Positions 35,754-39,223 of a stretch of 39,223 nucleotides of DNA are shown piece after piece; position 1 is the stretch's first letter; the number at the start of each line of letters is the position of its first letter. A model generated the notes under the pieces. That model saw nothing but the letters and a program-made list of their open reading frames with translations, did not search any database and was not told where the DNA came from. The DNA is from Bdellovibrionota bacterium. Lineage in GTDB: Bacteria; Bdellovibrionota_C; UBA2361. The position numbers were made by a program, and so were the translations under genes. Where the stretch lies: contig JBILDU010000014.1 in the NCBI GenBank assembly GCA_044352465.1, forward strand, positions 1 to 39,223. The letters run 5' to 3'.

Positions 35754-37835
35754 ATGGAAGCGAAAGAGAATCGGACGAACGAACAGAGCGTTGGCCCGTC
35801 TTCAAAGCTAGGCGAGACCTCAGCCCACGGCGCTATCCGATCGGATGCGCCGACAAACTTCGCCGATTTTCGGGCGCTCTTCTCGGCAAGCCCCACCGCG
35901 GTGGCCCTCTTCGCTTTCGACGCACCGATCTCCATCACCCCGGACAAGCCAACGGTGCTCGCCCAGATATTCGCTTCTCCAGCCCGGTGTTGTGAGGCGA
36001 ACGAGAGCTTCACCAAAGCGTGCGCAGGGGGAAGCTCCCCGCTCGGTCGAAAGCTCACAGATCTCCTCCCCCCCTCCGCGGAGACGATCGCCCTTTTCGA
36101 CCGTTGGATCGACAACGGTTTTCACCTCGCTCACACCCCAGCGCACCCCGTGTTCGTTGAACGGGGTCAGGTGACGTATGAGTTTTCGCTCTATCCCGTC
36201 TTCGTCGAGGCAGCCCTCGCTAAGGTATGGGTTCTCTTTCGCGATGTGTCCGATCTCCAACGTGCGCTTGAGGGCGCCCGGCGCGCTGAGGAGCACTACC
36301 GCACCCTCGTCGAACGGCCGGGGCTGGTTCTCGTGCGAACCCGCCCGGATAACTCGTATGTGTATTTATCGCCCCATATCGAGGATATCATCGGCTACAC
36401 ACCGGAGGATTTCAAAAGGAATCCGGGGCTCATGGAGAAACTGCTCCACCCCGAGGACGTCGCGAAACACGCGGCGATCTACCATGCTCGCCAAACCAAA
36501 AGCCGCAAGACACTCGAAGTGGAATTTCGAGTGCGCAGCACCGACGGAGTCTATCAGTGGTTTTTAGAGCGACAAACGCCCCTCATCGGCCCCGATGGGG
36601 AGGTCGCCTTTTACGATTCGGTTGCGATAAACATCACCGAACGAAAGCAGCTTGAGGCACAGCTCCTCCATTCCCAGCGACTCGATGTCATGGGACAGCT
36701 CTCAAGCGGCATCGCCCACGATTTCAACAATCACCTCACCGCTATCATCGGGCAGATTCGGTTAGCCCAACACGCCCTCGAGCCTCACCATCCGGCGCAA
36801 GCTGAGCTTTCCGGTGCAGAGCGCGCCGCCAAAGGCTGTGCTGAGATGATCGGGCAGCTCCTCGCTTTTGGGCGGAAATCGGAGCAACCCAGCGCTCAGT
36901 TCGAACTCGGTGCTACAATAAACAGCACGGTGCACATGCTGCGGCACTTCCTCCCTGAATCGGTCACCCTAGAGACCGCGATCGACCCAGACGCTGGTGC
37001 GGTGCGAGGAACTCCCTCGCAGCTTCAGCAAGTGCTTATGAATTTGGGGATCAATGCCCGCGATGCGATGCCAGCGGGTGGAACCTTAAAGGTGAGGGTG
37101 CAACGCACCACCCTGCCCCGCTCCCGGGGTGTGGCATACCCCGCACTCGAGCCGGGTGAGTATATCGAGGTCAGCGTCACCGACACCGGGGTTGGCATCC
37201 CACCGGCCATCTGCGCTCACATCTTCGAACCGTTCTTCACGACGAAACCGGCTGGAGCGGGCACGGGTTTAGGGCTCAGTATGGCGCGCTCGATCGTGGA
37301 GGATCATGGCGGAGCGATCGGAGTGAGCAGCACCCCCGGCCAAGGCACAACGCTGTCCTTCGTTCTCCCGCGTGATGGCGCTCCGGCAGAGGTTTCGGCA
37401 CACCCTGCTTCCGCGCCAGAGGAGGTACGCGGAGGTTTCATTTTAGTGGCAGAGGATGATTCGCGAATCTTGTCGGTGGCTTCCACGGCGCTGCATCTCC
37501 ACGGCTACTCCGTTATTAAAGCAACCGACGGCGAGGATGCGCTAAGACTCTACGATCAACACGCCAAAGACATCGCCTTGGTCTTCGTTGACCAGACGAT
37601 GCCACGCCGTTCCGGACTCGAGGTCATGGAGAGTCTGCGGAAAAAACGCCCCCAGCTACCGATTATTTTTACGAGCGGTCACGGCAAAACCGGGGTGCTC
37701 AGCGATATCACCGACGACGACGCCACCGTCTTTATGGGGAAACCGTACTCTCTGGTGGACCTTCTCGCTATCGTCCGGCAACTCCTTGATCGGTCAGGCG
37801 AGGTGGAGAGCGCTCAGGGGGTTAAGCTGAGATAA
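35754..37835 (+). CDS. Cytoplasmic PAS-domain hybrid histidine kinase / receiver (CckA-like architecture)
   Basis: PAS (IIGYTPEDF, HPED, EFRVR, NITERK), H-box GIAHDFNN, NARDAM, GTGLGL; receiver AEDD, VDQTMP, TSG, KPY. Confidence 0.94.
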   Translation: MEAKENRTNEQSVGPSSKLGETSAHGAIRSDAPTNFADFRALFSASPTAVALFAFDAPISITPDKPTVLAQIFASPARCCEANESFTKACAGGSSPLGRKLTDLLPPSAETIALFDRWIDNGFHLAHTPAHPVFVERGQVTYEFSLYPVFVEAALAKVWVLFRDVSDLQRALEGARRAEEHYRTLVERPGLVLVRTRPDNSYVYLSPHIEDIIGYTPEDFKRNPGLMEKLLHPEDVAKHAAIYHARQTKSRKTLEVEFRVRSTDGVYQWFLERQTPLIGPDGEVAFYDSVAINITERKQLEAQLLHSQRLDVMGQLSSGIAHDFNNHLTAIIGQIRLAQHALEPHHPAQAELSGAERAAKGCAEMIGQLLAFGRKSEQPSAQFELGATINSTVHMLRHFLPESVTLETAIDPDAGAVRGTPSQLQQVLMNLGINARDAMPAGGTLKVRVQRTTLPRSRGVAYPALEPGEYIEVSVTDTGVGIPPAICAHIFEPFFTTKPAGAGTGLGLSMARSIVEDHGGAIGVSSTPGQGTTLSFVLPRDGAPAEVSAHPASAPEEVRGGFILVAEDDSRILSVASTALHLHGYSVIKATDGEDALRLYDQHAKDIALVFVDQTMPRRSGLEVMESLRKKRPQLPIIFTSGHGKTGVLSDITDDDATVFMGKPYSLVDLLAIVRQLLDRSGEVESAQGVKLR

Positions 37836-37948
37836 GCGCGCGAAGCCCCCCTGAACGCACCCGTACAAAAAGCCCCCTGCGGCCCTCTTTTCTTCCCTTG
37901 TGCCAGCTTGATAAATAAGGACACAATCAATCGATTAAAGAGGGTCCT

Positions 37949-38497
37949 ATGGTTACCGTGCCGCGTCGTCTTTCCCACTACATTTTGACTTCGATGTTGC
38001 TTCCCCTGGCGCTGGCCGGATGTGGTGGCGGCGGTGGCGGTGGCGGAGGAGAGGATTTCCTTGGAGCCGCGGTGGTTGACATTGGAGCCTCGCCTCGACA
38101 GATCGATACTGGCGACCGCACCGTTGTGAGCGCATTCCTCTCGAGCGTAAACGAGGACGGTATCGCCCTGAAGTTTCGATTTCCGAAGGAGCTCAGGTAC
38201 GTACTCGACTCCTCACGGCTGATTGTCGATGGCGATGAGCGTGATGCCTCACCGAAGGTCTCGATAACCGTCGATAACGATTCGTTCCTCGTTTTCTTCC
38301 TTGCCCAAGACGACTTCGATGACAATGCAAACGGAGTAATCCAGTTCCAACTCGAAGCTGATGAGGAGATATCCGACGGGGAGGTGGAGGTTGACCCGGA
38401 TGTGGACGATCCGTTAATCGACAACAACTCCGAATTCGACCCCGAAAATCCGGAGTTCGGAGCAGAGGCGTCGGTTTCAATCTCAGTGCGGAACTAA
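37949..38497 (+). CDS. Acidic lipoprotein with poly-Gly tether
   Basis: Lipobox LAGC followed by 9 Gly; Asp/Glu-rich beta-strand-like mature domain. Confidence 0.8.
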   Translation: MVTVPRRLSHYILTSMLLPLALAGCGGGGGGGGGEDFLGAAVVDIGASPRQIDTGDRTVVSAFLSSVNEDGIALKFRFPKELRYVLDSSRLIVDGDERDASPKVSITVDNDSFLVFFLAQDDFDDNANGVIQFQLEADEEISDGEVEVDPDVDDPLIDNNSEFDPENPEFGAEASVSISVRN

Positions 38498-38714
38498 CCC
38501 ACGCCCCCAAACGGCGGTTTGAGATGCTTGGCGGGAGTCCTCGGGCTGGCAGCCTTGCCGGCGGTCTCTAGCCCAATTTAAATGACGCTTGTATCCGAGA
38601 AGCAGCGTTCGCTGGACGAGTTCAGCCAGCCGTTCCATTTTCTCAGCGCCGCCCCTCCTATCTACTCATCATATCCAGTGGCGAAAAACGACGTCATTTC
38701 AGGATATAAAAACG

Positions 38715-39223
38715 ATGTTTGGTGGGTTTTTTAACAAGAAAAAATCGGCGGAGGTCGCTCAGCCAGATGCCAAGCTGAGCACAGCCGTGGCGCAATCGAT
38801 CTTCAACGTGGTCGGAGCGCACAGCATACCGACGATGCCGGCGGCAGCGCAAAAAGCGTTTCAGCTGGCGACCGACCCCCGGGCTGAGGCACGGGATTTT
38901 ATCTCGGTCATCGAGTCGGACGAGGCGCTATCGGCTCGAGTAATGAAGATCGCGAACTCCGTATACTTCGATCGAGGCAAGCCCAGCACCACTATCGAGG
39001 ACTCGGTGATTATCATCGGAATAAATGAGCTGCGCTGTCTCTTAAACGCCACCTCTCTAGCTGAGGTATTTCCCTCGAAGCACACCGCGCGCACTCAACT
39101 TTGGGCGAACGACATCGCCACGGCGCTTATCGCTCGTACCCTTGCCGAAAGGTTCTTGCCCGCCAAGGCTGAGATCGCCTTTCTTGCTGGGCTGATGCAC
39201 GACATCGGCAAGCTGCTGTTACT
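38715..39223 (+). CDS. HDOD-domain protein (partial, runs off the right edge; not in ORF track)
   Basis: Hand translation MFGGFFNKKK...IPTMP...IESDEALSARVMKIANSVYF...IIIG...AFLAGLMHDIGKLLL; RBS AGGA. Confidence 0.93.
   Translation, partial: MFGGFFNKKKSAEVAQPDAKLSTAVAQSIFNVVGAHSIPTMPAAAQKAFQLATDPRAEARDFISVIESDEALSARVMKIANSVYFDRGKPSTTIEDSVIIIGINELRCLLNATSLAEVFPSKHTARTQLWANDIATALIARTLAERFLPAKAEIAFLAGLMHDIGKLLL

Noticed and set aside
38576..38690. Sigma28 promoter upstream of the terminal HDOD gene
   Set aside because: Candidate boxes (TCCGAGAA, GGCGAAAA) lack a properly spaced TAAA.

Overview
Moderately GC-rich bacterial chromosomal segment made mostly of housekeeping genes. Gene content and synteny (coaBC next to a udg-like gene, recD2, HDOD proteins) suggest a deltaproteobacterial/Bdellovibrionota-like lineage; this is inference only. 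In order it carries: Nif3-like gene, pgk, M50-like peptidase, truA, asd, NnrE-like gene, IHF/HU, SirB1-like, yebC, tRNA-Arg(CCT), nlpD-like, pcm, a DnaJ/CbpA-like gene plus methyltransferase, a long minus-strand run (MBL hydrolase, coaBC, udg-like, nfeD, stomatin, queA, tgt, yajC, secD, secF), two HDOD genes, a 632-aa orphan, a DUF1444-like gene, a two-component pair behind serS, recD2, a PAS hybrid kinase and a lipoprotein. I saw no CRISPR array, integrase, transposase or rRNA. The most notable item is a 49-aa FlgM-like (anti-sigma28) ORF missed by the ORF track. It lacks the N-terminal part, follows a hairpin-rich leader and a sigma28-like promoter, and sits just upstream of a membrane metallopeptidase. 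Also notable: several apparently catalytically degenerate enzyme homologs (UDG, NnrE, HDOD), a structured intergenic region at 28640-29077, and a phased repeat array at 35481-35520. All family calls come from motif recognition by eye; no database searches were run.
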